From Pecten maximus (taxonomy: Eukaryota), in NCBI RefSeq assembly GCF_902652985.1, contig NC_047020.1:16058001-16122000 (forward strand): a stretch of 64,000 nucleotides of DNA. Direction: 5' to 3'. A model generated the notes under the pieces. The model did not search any database and was not told where the DNA came from. It saw only the letters and a list, made by a program, of their open reading frames with translations. Of the stretch, positions 1-13,200 are shown piece after piece. Each line of letters starts with the position of its first letter. Within the stretch, counting starts at the first letter, position 1. Made by a program: the position numbers and the translations under genes.

Positions 1-319
1 TCTTAAGGTTAAGGGGTCCTTACAGGGAATATGAAATAAAATAAAAATGAAAATAGTAAATGAAAACACACAATTAATCGACTGCATAATAGATATAGAA
101 ATGTAAAGTGAAGTTTATATTTGTATGTAATGAACTGTAGTTTCATGAAAACGTGCGGCTGAATAGTTTCTAAAATATATTTATTTTTACTATAATTAAA
201 CGAAAACCACCCCGAATGTGGGATACCAGATACAGAGTCATGTATATAATAATTCTCATGTAATTCATTAGGAAAATTACTTTTTGCATAAACGAAACTT
301 TATCGAAGATGAATACATT

Positions 320-610
320 TAAGATAAAAGTCTTTTGAATTTACCTGAATATATATAAATTGAAAAATAATAAATTCCTTTGAAACTCGTATGAATAAAT
401 AAACTAAAACAGATAAATAATTTCCTTTGAAATTCATGTGAAAAGATCAATTAAAAATAAAATGTTAGATAAATTCCTTTAAAATTCATATGAATAGATA
501 AATTAGATATAAAATGTTAGATAAATTCGTTTGGAATTCAGATAAGTAAATACATTTTAAAAGGTAGATAAATTCCATTTGAATTTATATTGATAAATAC
601 ATTTTAGAAA
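320..610. repeat. Degenerate AT-rich ~50-bp tandem repeat
   Basis: Recurring ATAAATTCCTTTGAAATTCATATGAATAGATAAATT-like units; further remnants near 760-835. Confidence 0.6.
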
Positions 611-897
611 TAGTTTAAACTGCGTTTTATTTGTCAATTTCCATTTAAAAATTAGTATACAATATTTGAATTATACCAAAAGGAATCAGAAACAAATATC
701 ATGACACATATATAAATCTGACACCTATATATATAGATTGATGTTACGTAATGTATCATAATGATAATTTCCCCTTGAATTCATATGAATTAAAAGAGGG
801 TAGATAAGGTGTTATTAATTCATATGAATAAATTTAACAGAGGATAACAACATTATAAGATATATATGGATATAATTAGTAAAGTACATAATAATAA

Positions 898-1212
898 GAC
901 AATGCGTTCCGGAAGAGAGAGCTTCTTCTGCTTCATCGTCGACACGCGCCATACGATTCTAAGTCAAATGCGGGAAAGGTCACATTCTCAAAATGAGAAC
1001 TTATGTGTTGACAACGTTACCACTCGGCATATCAACCAACATCGAGCACGATTGACTTTATATAGAATATTCCCAATGAGATCTTGATGTCGACCATACA
1101 ACTTCCCCATCATCTCCCGAAACCTTGTGTTGATTTCCCTCAGTAGTCGACAGCTGTCACGGAAATCGTGATAAATAGTCACTGAATATCAAATCAACTG
1201 GGACATGTAAAC
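898..1212 (-). mobile_element. Decayed 3' fragment of a Penelope-like retroelement
   Basis: Translates VYMSQLI*YS...DFRDSCRLL...KLYGRHQDLI, matching by recall the PLE motif GVYISQLIRY...DF...KFYGRHxDLV. Followed by a CpG-rich GGCGCGTGTC...GAAGCAG...CTTCCGGA tract resembling PLE-associated 3' sequence in molluscs. Confidence 0.65.
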
Positions 1213-3799
1213 AATGTAAATGTATCATATCTTTTCGTTATCTTTTATGTAAGGATTTTCATAACACAACCAATGAATGTTATCTGTTATGAATATTTTC
1301 GTTATCTGTTTTAAATCTTTTTAAAACTATCAAATCTTGAAAATGTTTGGTTCGTTACGATATATATCAATTGACTTTAATGATTAAACACACGTATTTC
1401 ATGTCTAGTGTAATTAAATCGGTTTCGATCATGATAATACGTACCGTTATAAAAAGGATATGTGATTAAAAACGGTAAGAGAATATGTATGCTTACTGGA
1501 ACTAGGTCAGTTAAAGATGATAGTCTTGATACTTATAAATAATATCATCGTTTAATAATATATATATCATTAGGAATTATGAATTACGGTAAATGTGCTA
1601 CCATAATATTACTGCACAAAATTATATATCAATAAACAACAAACAGGTTCAATATCCCTAAAAAATCAAAACCTTAAAACCGTCAAAGAAAACTTTTCTA
1701 AAACGACGGAATGCTAATTAATGTTATGGTATGATTTTAAATGTGTATGGTAAAGTAAATGTATATGATGATTTCAATACCTTTCCAAGTTTATTTATAA
1801 GAGAAAAAGTCATTATACAAATACAGATATGTTACATAACAAAGAATTGAACTATAAAAAAAGCGAATACATAAATACTTGTTATTTAAACGCATGTACC
1901 TTTTAATATCACGTCAATGATGACCTTAATGTTGACGTCAATGATGACGTCAATGAGTTGTCCTCTGAAAATAAGCCTTAACTGAAGAGCACAGAAAAGG
2001 ATGAAAGCTGCTTGTACGTTGTTCGTCGAACGTTATTTTTTTCTATATAAATATCTATATATAAACATTCCCATTCTGCATTTCATAAATATAGATATAT
2101 TAAAGGGAATCATTTTCATACTTTATGAATGAGATTTATACACATTTCACGAGCTCCATCATACTATAACGAGGATGATCGCGCACTATTGTTTTACGGT
2201 TTTACACGAGCTGCGTCCCTTTGACCATTGTTTAGGCGGAACCGACTGTATTATCTCATTGAACGCATTAACGGCTCTCCACCGTTCGATTTCCTTGATA
2301 CAGATCTCTGCGTGATATAGATAAATATTGAAATGTTGCATTTCATGTTGATGTAAAATAAGGATGATATGGCACACGTGTTTTATTTCCTTTTGTTTAT
2401 ATAAAATGTATTTGAAATTGAAGACTAATCGGGAAGAAAAGTATTAACTTTAAAAAAAATGCGATATTAACATAATTGTCCCTTTTAACATAAGCCAGTT
2501 AATGCCATATTTAAAAGAATCTCTGATTCAGTCTCTATGATGTATTTGCTATTTAACAATAGAGCTAGTTAATGGGTCCCTGTATCTCCATGTTTAGACA
2601 GTTGATTTACCTGATAACCTATTCCACATCAGACACCATGGTTTTCATATATATTTATATTCAGGAAATGTCAAACAATACCAAAATCCATTATCGTTCT
2701 TTAACATCAGTAGAGAGCAGCTGATTGATTAAGAAGTAAAAAGCTACGAAATTGACAATATATCTTATTATATCTCTGTGTTCTTGTAGTTTTTATATGA
2801 AACATTAAAATAGAGACTCAGTTGAAAGGGAGGAAAAGTATTTCTGCCATTTGGTAATCATGATGTGTCTTAGTTCGTATCTGTTACCGAACTGAAGCAT
2901 TTTAACCATAATTGAATTTGAAACATTACATTAAATGGAAAGTGCCTCAGCTGTGCATTTTGAAGCGCACATTGCCTACCCTATCAGTTATCAGAACGAG
3001 GCTGAACAGAGACCGTAATGGCTAGTCGATGATGTCGCCAGCTTCTTGATAAACCACGTTGGGGAATAAAGAATCATTAAAACCATGATATAGAAATAAA
3101 TGCCAATGCGATATAAGTTCCAATAGATATCATAAATCATATTGTGCCATATACTCGTTATGGCTATAAGTATAAGGCATAATAAACGTATCCCTGTGGA
3201 CATCTATAACATAGCAAACTGGACCTTGAGATATTTAACTGTTGTGATGTTCATCTTTACATTGAAACACCTAAAACGTTTATGATGTACGGTTAGTAGG
3301 AATTGAAACATTGCTTTGATAAATACACCACGGACCAGATATAGTAATTAAAACCAAATACACAGAATTAGAGATGAACATACACAAAATGATAGTTTAC
3401 GTTTAAAAAAAACCAGAAATGAACAAGGATGATTAGTGCCTATTGTTCACTTGTATGTATTTTGATAAATCATTTTGCACTTTAGGCGATCATTTTATGC
3501 GGGAATAAAATGACATTGAACCCGACAAACATCCGTTAATCGAATATCTGGAAAACGATCGGACATAATTCCTTGTCAGCTGTTTTGATGTATGTGTAGG
3601 TGAATGTGTGGGTGTATGGGTGGGTGTGTAGACGTGTATGAGTTAGGGTGTATCTGTGGGTAAGTAGGCGTGTATCAATTTGGGTGTATCTGTAGATAAG
3701 TGTGGACTCATTAATGAATCATTGAACTGTATGATGTAGCTGTGGTTAAAACACACATGATATCTTCCTGTTCTTCAACTTTTTTTCAAACAAAACATC

Positions 3800-3858
3800 A
3801 GCATTTACAAAAATAAAACACAGTAAGATATTGATTATAAATAACATTGTAATTTATT
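3800..3858 (-). terminator. Candidate ovo polyadenylation signal
   Basis: AATAAA at 3858-3853 followed 30-50 nt later by GT/T-rich CTGTGTTTTATTTTTGT, implying a ~2.3 kb 3'UTR. Other AATAAA hexamers lie closer to the stop. Confidence 0.3.
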
Positions 3859-6173
3859 TCAATTAAAAATTTAGCATGTAACAATTTGTATCTTATTAAC
3901 ATCGGCAAGATATGTAAAAAAAATGTTTTAAAAAATAAATCATATATATTGATCATTATCAAAAGTTAAGATGATCTTCTTATGTACAGCACTTAGTTCA
4001 GAAAGCTAATATATACTGATATAGTATATGAATATATGTATGTAAGTATAAATATTTTTAGAAATATACTATGCTAATTATATGATAAAGCTATAGCAAT
4101 TTGATGATATAACAGGGCCAATAGTACTATATACATATATAAAGAACATCTCCATTTTCAGCACTAGTTTGAACTTAAAATCAACGGTACTCTATCACTG
4201 TGTGGCACAGGTGAACACGTCCAGTTCCACTCCACAGGTGTTCTTCTATAAAAATGGCTTCCTTCAGATAAAACACAATCACTTAAAGTATTCTTATCAT
4301 GCCAAATATGGGTCTGCTGTTTAGAATAATTATGATCACTTACGTTCATCGTATGCCACTTCGTACATATGAATAATGCTCACATTTATTAAAATTTTAT
4401 ATACAGTTTATAAATGATAATTCTTTATACAAATGACACAGCACTATTCATTACTACGGATATACCATCATAAAATGTTGGCATATTTAATTGGCAGAAA
4501 GCTATCTTGATAAAATATATTGTATTTCTATATATCAACGCATTCATTTCCTATGAGATCGCTATCAATGTTAGAGGCAAAGTCAACCAGTACAATTGAT
4601 AAAGCCTCATTTGTATTCAAAACAAATAAAAGAAAATGGAGTCTACCTTACATTGCACCAAAACACTATTTCTAAACCGATTAATGCAGCCTTAATGATA
4701 TAGTCATATGACTCTACTATATACAGTTCAGACTAGGATCATTTCTATCTTTGTAATCAGACGGGATGTATACGTTTATTCTAGAATAAACATTTTTAAA
4801 ACATAATTTTGTTTAGCATTTTATATTGTTTCTGACGATATTTTGAAGTTTCTGTCTAAAACAGTTTTAGAAAAGAAAACTCTGAATGTCTAAATCTTTT
4901 TTTTTTCGTAAAAATTGCTAGCGCCGTTAAATTATAATGAAAGAGAAATTAAACAATTTTGATAAACACGCGTTTAATAGGTAGAAATAGCTGCAAGGTA
5001 ACTTAATTGGCTTCGAGATATAGAAGTGACTGTCGATTTAGCTGTATACAGAAATGGGATAAGTTTGATATGATTTATTGCATCCTATGTCCCTTGCCTT
5101 GCCATGCACTATCCGACTAGTAGCATAACAAACATTGCAAGTTTCTCGTTTGATTGTAGGAGGAACGTAACACAAACATATTCCTGTTTGAAGAAGATCA
5201 ACTGAGCATGTCACAAACTATGTTTTTATTACATGCATTTCTATGGCATTTATTACCTAGGTTTAGATCGTTTCATCAACAGATCCAGTTCGTAGTTATG
5301 GATATGACTCATGGTGAACAGGTATGGTCATATAATATCAACATTGACAGTGTAATAAAATCCATATCAACTCTCTAAATATTGCACACAGATATATATA
5401 TATATAGCATACATACTGACTTTCGGCAAAATAATTATATACATAATTGATGAACATAAAATGATACAGTCATCAATTTACAAATATATTATTTATAAAA
5501 CGTTTTGTATGCATTAGCATAAATATATTTATAAAAATATTTTCTACAAGCCTATCTTAGACGACTCTAACATAAAAGTGTTTTTATTTGCCATGCAGAA
5601 AAAATGTCTATATAAAATTTTGGTAACCACCATTATGAATTTACAGAAACAATTTTGCTAATAAAGTCAAATAGAGATTAATGTTAAGATAGGAAATTAA
5701 AGAATCTTTGGTAGGGCTTTATGTACAGTGTTAGTAATAGGAAAATATGATTATGTCATTAATGACGTCATGCTATTAGCAGAGCGTTATGTTCTTATGA
5801 ATATTATATATATATTTCTATTAAAGCAATAAGGAAACATTTGAGATCAAACATATTAAGTAAAATAAAAGAGCATTTGAACACAATTTTTTACTTATTG
5901 CAATTGTCTGTAAAAGAGTATCGTCATCATGAATACGGAAGTACTTATATAAACGTCATAATGATTATACTGAGTTGTATTTCCTCTGCACGTTGTTGAT
6001 GTAAATTGTCCTGGTGAAAATCTATAACATGTGTTGAACTGATGAGCTCAGATGACCCCAGATAACCTCAGATGACGTATGACAACTGCATAGTTTATAC
6101 ATGTATTCGTTAGCGGTCATTGGCCAACAAGGCTGAGCAACATAGGTAGATAGCATGTTGGAATATATCTCGA

Positions 6174-6466
6174 TCAATACTGTATTGCGCATTGGCTCAA
6201 GGAATTCTCCTCGGCAAATTTAAACTGTCTTTTATCATAAAATTTCATTAAGACGGGACTTTGAGGGTGGAAGTTTTTAAGGTGAACGTAATGCACCCCG
6301 GGGTCACTAGTTGTGTGTCCACAGTCTTCACAAACGTACAGTTTCCTTCGGCGTTCCTTGTAAGCAAAAGCGAATTTGGAATTGTGGACTTTTCTACAGT
6401 GAGATTCTAGCGAGCATCGTTGAGTGAAAGCTTTCCCGCACTGGTCACATTTGTATGGTCTGACAC
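6174..6466 (-). CDS. ovo: ovo-like coding exon 5 (zinc fingers 3-4, stop)
   Basis: Acceptor TTTCCAG|GT. Translates GVRPYKCDQCGKAFTQRCSLESHCRKVH...KERRRKLYVCEDCGHTT...HLKNFH, typical Ovo fingers 3 and 4. TGA at 6176-6174. Confidence 0.96.
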
Positions 6467-6876
6467 CTGGAAATAGATTTATTACGTCATGATTAATGCC
6501 ATAACGAAGACATATGGGTATCAATTCATAAATTATTAATTCAATTTATTATGATATATTTTTCAGTGATGGCTGATGATGAATGATAATATGATTGTGA
6601 TGAAAATTGGTTTCTTTGACTTATGTTTCTATATGATTTCGATATTCATTAACAATAAATTCATACTAACGTTGGCATAATATTTTTGATAATACCCAAT
6701 CAGCACATAGCGCAGTGGTATTGTTGCAAATCGAACTGGAGATCAATGTAGATATTTACCCGAAGATATGATACAATTATGGTTACTCATGCACAATTGA
6801 AGACCAAATAAATTCTCATCGTTTAGAAGATATATTTCAGTTATGATGTAGAGCATAGATTGATTTAGAGAAATTA

Positions 6877-7098
<222 letters not shown>

Positions 7099-7487
7099 TT
7101 AAAAAATGTTTTCTGTCTAAGGAGCTTCTAACAGTTTCATTGATAAGTAATAGTGATACTTGGTCCGCATGAACATACTAATTATTGTTATCATATGTGA
7201 ATATAGAAACATGTATTGTTAAGTATGTATTGGGTAAAGGGGGTATTGCATAAGTACCATCACATCGTTGAGATAATATCTTGGTGCATAACAATGAATT
7301 TATGACACATTCTAACACATTTATAAATTTAATTGGCATAAAACTATCTATTATACACAGGTCTTTGTACAAACTTGAACTGTTTCGACTAATTTGCTAT
7401 CTTTGAATGTTCTCGAACTTTACATACTAATATGATAATAATGCTGCCTCAGAATTAAGAGGAGTTAGTTGTTAAGTGAATATTTAC

Positions 7488-7590
7488 CTAATTCCTCCGC
7501 CGCGCCGTCGTCCATACGGATGTGGGCGAGGAGAGGATTCTTTATACCATATCCGCCGTTGACAAGCTCTACACCTTGAAGGAGGGACCG
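7488..7590 (-). CDS. ovo: ovo-like coding exon 3 (NOG-type motif), absent from the ORF track
   Basis: Acceptor CTTTAG|CGG. Translates RSLLQGVELVNGGYGIKNPLLAHIRMDDGAAEEL; VNGG(Y/H)GIKNPL is the conserved Ovo motif preceding the fingers. Donor TTA G|GTAAAT, phase 1. Confidence 0.92.
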
Positions 7591-7826
7591 CTAAAGATAT
7601 AAAAGTAAGATATACAATTACAGAGACTCCTTAATTTGTACATAGATAAATATATTATCAATTACATATGAATTAAAAAGGGCAATTCGATCATGACAAC
7701 TATCCAACTCATCGGGTTACTATTGTATAAACACTTTGAAAGAATGAATTAATGCAAAGATGTCACCAATTTACTAGAGCATGGTGTGGACGAAGGCGTA
7801 TTGTGAATTTCAATAAGGATACCTAC

Positions 7827-8311
7827 CCTCATCATAGATGTAGAAGGATACTGTTCATGGTTCACATTGTTTTTTGTTTCTACTTTCATTTTCGCCTGAT
7901 AATTGTCTGGATTGTTCGGGAAACCTGCAGATTGGAGACGTTCCTTGTCCACTAACTCCTGCTGTTGTCGTCTAACCTCCTTCATGGATAAATCTAGTTC
8001 TTGTTCACGCACAGGACTAATCACTGGTGTTACTGGCGATCCAGGAGATGCAAGTTCATGCTGACGGAAGGAGTAGACCGGAAGTGGAGAAAGAGCGTCG
8101 GTCATTCCCATACCACAGTGTAGTGAACCCGGAGATGGGAGCATGTAATTATATAATTTCTGTTCGTGACATAAGGGAGAGAATGGGTAGCTGATTCGTG
8201 GATCTATTCTGTCTTTTGGCATATATCCATGACTGAATGGCTGCAATTTTAGCGTCTTGGGTTTTCGGACCACATGTGAACTCCTTGGCATGTCATGTTG
8301 GCTTTCTATAT
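7827..8311 (-). CDS. ovo: ovo-like coding exon 2 (S/P-rich region, ELDLS motif)
   Basis: Acceptor TTCTTACAG|AT at 8312/8311. Open frame DIESQHDMPRSS...STSMMR. Donor AGG|GTAGGT at 7827/7826, phase 0. Confidence 0.85.
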
Positions 8312-9269
8312 CTGTAAGAAGTAAATAAATGGACAAATTTTATATAATTTGAAATAACTTTTGAAACAACTAAATATGAGAACAAGAAGAATGTCAAATG
8401 TGTCACAATGAAGTATTAGTTATGTTTTGACTGGCAGTACAGTTGGTGTCGCATGGCAGTTAAAGGATTATACTGGAGGTGGTGAACCCAGAGACGGTTC
8501 CATCTTGGTAATTCTCTGCGCCCCCTGTTTACAGTGTAGATTATTTCAAACGACGTTGTTTTGATATTATTCCTATTGATAATAGTAATGTCGTATACAG
8601 ATGTGTGGCGATTAATATTGACAAGTCCCCCTAACACGCAAGAAAACGTTGGCATTTAAAACTTCATTTACTTCTATGAATGCTGCCTCACATTATCGAC
8701 ACTACCGTACTACATTGTAATGTACACCCTGTGGCTTTACCTCCAAGGCGTATAAACCAAAGTGTAGCATCGTTAAATACCTTATAGAACGATTAGATAG
8801 GTGGTGACGGGACTCCTGTGATTTTAAGTAATAACAATGCATACATAATCGGATAATTTTTCAGAATCACAGCGGTCCGTTATATTGATATTTGGCAGGG
8901 ATTCCTCCAAGATTCATATAATATTTGACACGGAACGCGGAATATCTTCCGCTATGATATATAACAAAAAATTTATTAGCTTATCTCAATATGATAAGAT
9001 TCGATTAAATTGATCATAACACCTTTCAATTCAGAGTATTCTCGGCAAATGATAAGTATCTAAAGGAGATGCTAAGTCTCAATGATGCTCACAACAGGGC
9101 TCAAATAAGGACGGTATTGAAACCGCGATCTAACTGTTTGGTATAAGACAGCTTGTATTATATAGATCAGATATCAATTAACCCGTTAAAAGATAGCATA
9201 CATCGACAGTAAATGGTCCATTACAAGATGGCCCACCATCTGTAGAAACCTTGGAGTGGGGCAATCTAC

Positions 9270-10230
9270 CTAACGACTGTGACGAGCAGTGTGTGTGTCT
9301 ATAGCCAGATATCTATGTTAATCCAACGACTGTCAAAAGAGGTATGTGTCTCTATGTCGAGATATCTATGTTAATCTGACGACTGTCGAAAGAGGTGTGT
9401 GTCTCTATGTCCAGATATCTATGTTAATCTAATGATTGTCAAAAGAGTTGTGTATCTATATGGCCACATATCCAGGTATTATCTGTGACTAAAAGTGTTT
9501 GTCTCTATGACCAGATATTCATGTTTTATTTAACGACTGTGACAGGAAGTATGTGTCTGTATGGCAGATAACTAGGTTTATTTAACGACTGTGACAGGAC
9601 GTATTTGTCTGTATGGCAGATGATTAGGATTATTTAACGACTGTGACAGGAAGTATGTGTCTGTATGGCAGATGACTAGCTTTATTTAACGACTGTGACA
9701 GGAAGTATGTGTCTGTATGGCAGATGACTAGGTTTATTTAACGACTGTGACAGGAAGTATGTGTCTGTATGGCAGATGACTAGGTTTATTTAACGACTGT
9801 GACAGGAAGTATGTGTCTGTATGGCAGATGACTAGCTTTATTTAACGACTGTGACAGGAAGTATGTGTCTGTATGGCAGATGACTAGGTTTATTTAACGA
9901 CTGTGACAGGAAGTATGTGTCTGTATGGCAGATGACTAGCTTTATTTAACGACTGTGACAGGAAGTAGGTGTCTGTATGGCAGATGACTAGCTTTATTTA
10001 ACGACTGTGACAGGAAGTATGTGTCTGTATGGCAGATGACTAGGTTTATTTAACGACTGTGACAGGAAGTATGTGTCTGTATGGCAGATGACTAGCTTTA
10101 TTTAACGACTATGACAGGAAGTATGTGTCTGTATGGCAGATAACCAGGTTTATTTAACGACTGTGACAATTAATTATGTGTCGTCTGTATGACGTGATAG
10201 ACAGGTTTTATCTTACGACTGTGACAATAA
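9270..10230. repeat. 52-bp minisatellite in ovo intron 1 (~18 copies)
   Basis: Unit TTATTTAACGACTGTGACAGGAAGTATGTGTCTGTATGGCAGATGACTAGGT. Homogeneous centre, degenerate left edge. Confidence 0.95.
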
Positions 10231-13200
10231 GCGTTTGTCTTCCAGGTTTATCGAACGAGGCGTTAAATGTAAAGGAGATATGTGCGAGCAATTTTGTATC
10301 ACGAACTTGATTAAAAATTTATTAATATTCGATCAAATAGCAATTAAAGAATTCAGAATATTCTAAAAAGAAAAAAAAGTTAAATTATAATTTAAAACAT
10401 TAGGAGGGAGCTTGAAGGGATTATACAGTAAAAAAAATTAAAGTTATATCTAAGAAATGATACCGATAGTGAAGTACAATGTATGTACCATAACCTAAAT
10501 TCAAAAGATTTAAATTCAAACAATCTTGTATAATCATGCTTTTGTGAATGTAATCGTTTTGATTTGATTAAATGTTAAACTACACTGTCGTATATGGGCG
10601 CTGTAGAACTTGTGTAAAGTAACATGTACCCGAGGTATTACTATACATGCGTTCTATTGGGCCCCACCCGAATGACCCCATCACCATAAATATCAAATAT
10701 ACAAGATTTTATCGCGTTGCTTTAATATGCATAGTGACACCCCTAATGTTCGCTGATAACTGTTGTCGGCCGTTGGAAAGAAGGCAAGAGTTTTAAAATG
10801 CCTATTAATATCGATGTCATTTAAGTATCTTTAAAAACTAAAATGTTTTATGAAAAGTGCCTGTATGTTTTTAATTTTGAGAAAAAAACTACTTTATAAA
10901 GAGTGTGTCATATGTCATTGTCACTTAATAATAACAATAAATGTTACATTTTTTAGCTTTAAAAAGTAATTTTGAAAATACGATACTATAGCATGATTTG
11001 CAAAATAATGTGTGTAGTACAAAAACATCATGTAAAGTGTGACGTTACGTATTTCTTTAAAACAGTTACACTTTGGTTCAATTCACAAACAAAAATACAC
11101 TAAAAAGATAAAAAGAAAAATACCCGTGGTGCGTTAGTACCAAATTAGAGTCAGATGACATAGAATTTGACATTAACGTGTTGTATCCCTATAGGGATCA
11201 ATATTTATATATCTTCTTGATAAACTGAAGCTTATTCCTGACGTAGAATAACGTATTGGCGACAAGGGACCTTGAAACTGTGTAAAGAAACGAGTTTATC
11301 AAATGGTCAAGATGTGGAAAAATACCATCTATATTCATGAAAAACTGTTACTTATTAAACAGTGCGACGCAATGAACATTCTTTACTCTTGTCTATTCAT
11401 GGTTTACTGCCACTAAATTGGTCTTCACCGTTCCCCGTGCTCTCGCTTTTGTTACGTACGACAGGGATTAGACAGGGTACCGTGATTCCCCACGTGTTAT
11501 TGAGATCAATCCTTGCCCTCAACACGACCATCCAATTATCTTTACAGTAAATTCGGAAACGGATTGTTGAGCAGTTAAGATGATGTTTTGAAAAGCACGC
11601 AAATGTAATTATTTCCGATAGAGATATCTAAAACCATCCCCACAGGTGTATCAAAACTTAATCCTAGTTTAGGTATCTTACTTTCTGATGAACTTCTTGA
11701 AGTAAGATTTGAAGTTTGTGAATTAAACAAAATATCCATGTAAAGATACATGTTTTATGGATTTGAATCTGAACTATGTAATATATATTGACAGATAAAA
11801 AAGTTTCTTATAAATAACCAATGCTATAGGGCACCCACTAGAATGTAATGTAACTCTGTTATAGAATAGGACACAAACTAGAAGTAACGCTGTTATGGAC
11901 GGCTTATACCTAAGAAGGAAAAACGCCCAAATTACAATGTTTGACATATTGTTCACGAAAAGAAAAAGCTTTAACTTAATTCTTGCTTAATTTGTTAACG
12001 GAAATTGTCTTTTCACAGGTGTGTGGTGACACCTGGTACCCTGGTGTTTCTCGCGACAATCGTGTTGTTTACACGGATGATACCTATTGTGACTGTCTCT
12101 AACCCTAACGCATTCCTTTGGTCAATTTTACATTACATGAATCCTTACTCGTCGTTAACATGGAAACCGGTTACCACTGGCACGCTGCCCATTTAAATAA
12201 ACGAAAGTAAAATAACAACCAATTATTTATGTTTATACATGTATAAAGCTACACTTCGGAGTATCCAGTTTAGTCAGTCTGCTATAAATATTTCACACCA
12301 GATGCCATATTAAGGTTTACTTAGATAAGGAAGTAATCTCACACAGTATAAGTTTAGTATGTTGTAATATAAGTATCTAACTTTGATGGATTTTTTTTTA
12401 TATGTTTCAATGCTATAAACAACATCTCATTGAGTACAATTATTGAAAATAATTAAATGTAAGGATAACACAGTTTTCATATTTCTTTTGCAGAACATAT
12501 TGTTGTAAAAACTCGAACGTGTTTTAGTATTTATCTTATTTTATTTTTTTAAATTTTATTTTATGAAAGCACCTTGATATTTTGCGTACACAACGTTTGA
12601 TAATTATGAGAACATTGATGGATATGATGATATAAAGGGCTGTAAGAGCAGTTGGAAATACAGTGTAAGAGGATCACCTATACAATCTCTAGCATACCAA
12701 CGGCCATCGCTACAGCAGCAAAGGAAAGAACTGCAGGTGTATCTGAGGTGTCATCTCCTAAGAGTGCATAGCCAATTACAGGTTTCTACTGCAGAGTTAG
12801 ATGTACCGTAAAACGCCAGTATTATGTATATCATCCTTTGGTGATCTCACCATAAGACAGCAGATTACACATTGAAGCCAAACCCCCCAAAACCAAACCC
12901 CTGCACATTTTATATTTGTTTTCATCGTGAATAACGAACCTGATATGTTTCCATTTTTTTTTTATTATGTAAGTTTGTAACTGCCTTTTGTGAGATTCAA
13001 ACATTTTTTGTGCGTGAGAAGAGCATGTCTTCCCCGCTATCTAACACAATATAGTATAATCACAAAGGAAAAGGCAATATTAGCATAAAATGCGCACAAA
13101 ATGTATATAATTCTAACAAAAGTTCTTTTCTACAACTGTTAGACTTGACATTCATATGACTATAACTAGTCACTTCCTTTGCTATTGTTTGACAAGAGAA

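Noticed and set aside
3590-3705. GT-rich stretch
   Set aside because: Low-complexity decayed microsatellite.
6039-6080. CTGATGAG in the ovo 3'UTR region
   Set aside because: Part of a 10-bp CAGATGACC micro-repeat, with no GAAA box or helices.
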